A stretch of DNA of 64,000 nucleotides from Phoronis australis. Taxonomy: Eukaryota > Animalia > Phoronida. The stretch is from the NCBI GenBank assembly GCA_002633005.1, contig NMRA01000062.1:1055890-1119889 (forward strand), in the 5' to 3' direction. The stretch's first letter is position 1. Each line of letters opens with the position of its first letter. Shown here piece after piece: positions 62,601 to 64,000 of the stretch. The notes beneath the pieces were generated by a model. The model searched no databases, had not been told where the DNA came from, and saw only the letters and a list, made by a program, of their open reading frames with translations. The translations under genes and the position numbers were made by a program.

Positions 62601-64000
62601 CTTAGCTCCTGGACTGTAAATAGTAATAGAAACATTTCCCGTGTATATCACAGCACTGGAAAATACCGGTGGAAACTGTGCTGATTTGCAGAACTTGAGG
62701 TAAGGACCGCCATCGCAAAAAGCAGATTTTAGTTCGCTACCAGCGACCGAGATTTGAGGAACTCTGCGAGCATAAACGAAAACTATTAGGGTTGTCAAGT
62801 CAGATTTCTACCGGTCGCAAAACTGAAATTCCCTACGTCAATCTATAACAAAACGTTTTAGCTGGAATTTTAATTAGATTTTTTGGTTGATTTTGTTGGC
62901 CGGGGACGCTATTTTGCTTGAGCTATTTTTGATGACCGAGACTGAAACAAACGAAGCCTAAAATAGCAGTCTGGTCATCGGGCTTCGGAATTTTCTTTTC
63001 TGTTTTTAGAGTAGTAAAACTGCTTTTTCAATAACAACGAATTGGATCTATGATATACGTAACACAACTGAACGAGCACAATCAAATTTGGAGAAGACTG
63101 TTCATCAATCATAAAATACGGCTTTTACCCTTGAATAAGGCCTCTGTAACGGTCTGTTGGTTTCTGTGCATGAACGCAGACCTCTACAGGTATTCACGTT
63201 TGCGTCCGAGGTATCTGACGAAAGTTGAGCTGATACACTCAAGTAACTTCAGTCTAAAATTGTTAAAATAGAAGTTTTTTCTGCGTTTGTTGTCTGGTAT
63301 ATGAAGAAAAGTACGAGTGTATTAGTTGTGTAACAAAGAAATTTGTGATCTGATTTGTAAATATGTACTGAGCGATGACGGCTTTATTCAAAAGTTACTT
63401 TGTTCCTGTGTTGTTTCTCGCTATGGACCGGTGTAGTTTGTTTAGTTCAAATGAAGGCTCCCCAATTTCGAGTAAAGGAGTTTCAATCTATCTATTGGAA
63501 TATGGGTGCTTAAAGAATGTTAGGGTTAGGATAAAGGACAACTATTAGAGTTGTCAGGTTAACAAGCGACCATCTCTCTGATTAAGTTAGTTTATGTGCT
63601 GTTTCCAAAGTGCAATGAATGCCGTCGATCCCTGAGCGAAAGTTAAACGTAACCGAAATTTTGATGTATATTATTATTTAAAATTTATTTCTTCTTCAAA
63701 GAGTCAATAGCACTTTTATTATAGAAATAGGAAACAATAATCTTAGAAATGCAAACTTTAGCCTTCGACGAATGACCATTTCTGCGCGTTGAATAACTAA
63801 CTTTTTTAATGTTTATTACGAAATCTTCAGAATACAATGAATATACATAACCCAGAAAGCGCCAAGAGGCATTAGATCTGGGTAAAAAAATACAAAGAAG
63901 TCTATATACAATGATTATATACGAATACATAAATAAAAAAACTGATGTTAAGAATACAATGATATATGACAACGAATGAAAATAATTCATTTTCATACAG

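Noticed and set aside
54855-64000. Search for downstream exons of mucin gene 2
   Set aside because: No supportable coding exon found; the region is dominated by transposon remnants.

Overview
Eukaryotic (invertebrate animal, probably bilaterian) genomic DNA with GT-AG introns, many decayed transposons and three N-gaps. Two + strand mucin-type genes dominate the window. (1) 60-23972 is the 3' part (23 reconstructed, phase-consistent exons) of a MUC4-like type I transmembrane mucin: VWD domain starting with GDPH, cadherin/Ig-like module, about 15 EGF/cbEGF modules, a Ser-rich PTS tract of 12-aa repeats, an SEA domain with RRG^SIIV, a juxtamembrane EGF, a TM helix and a Tyr-rich cytoplasmic tail. 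(2) 47545->54369 is the start of a second mucin: a signal-peptide exon spliced to a giant Thr-rich PTS exon of 138-aa repeats built from 12-aa subunits, running into an assembly gap. The most notable non-coding feature is a pair of ~1.27-kb Helentron/HINE-like elements in introns of gene 1, each carrying 7-8 same-orientation CTCF-consensus motifs spaced ~145 bp apart. The rest holds MITEs, LINE remnants (CR1/L2, L1/Tx1, HERO-type), a tRNA-derived head and a long hairpin. All calls were made by eye without database searches.
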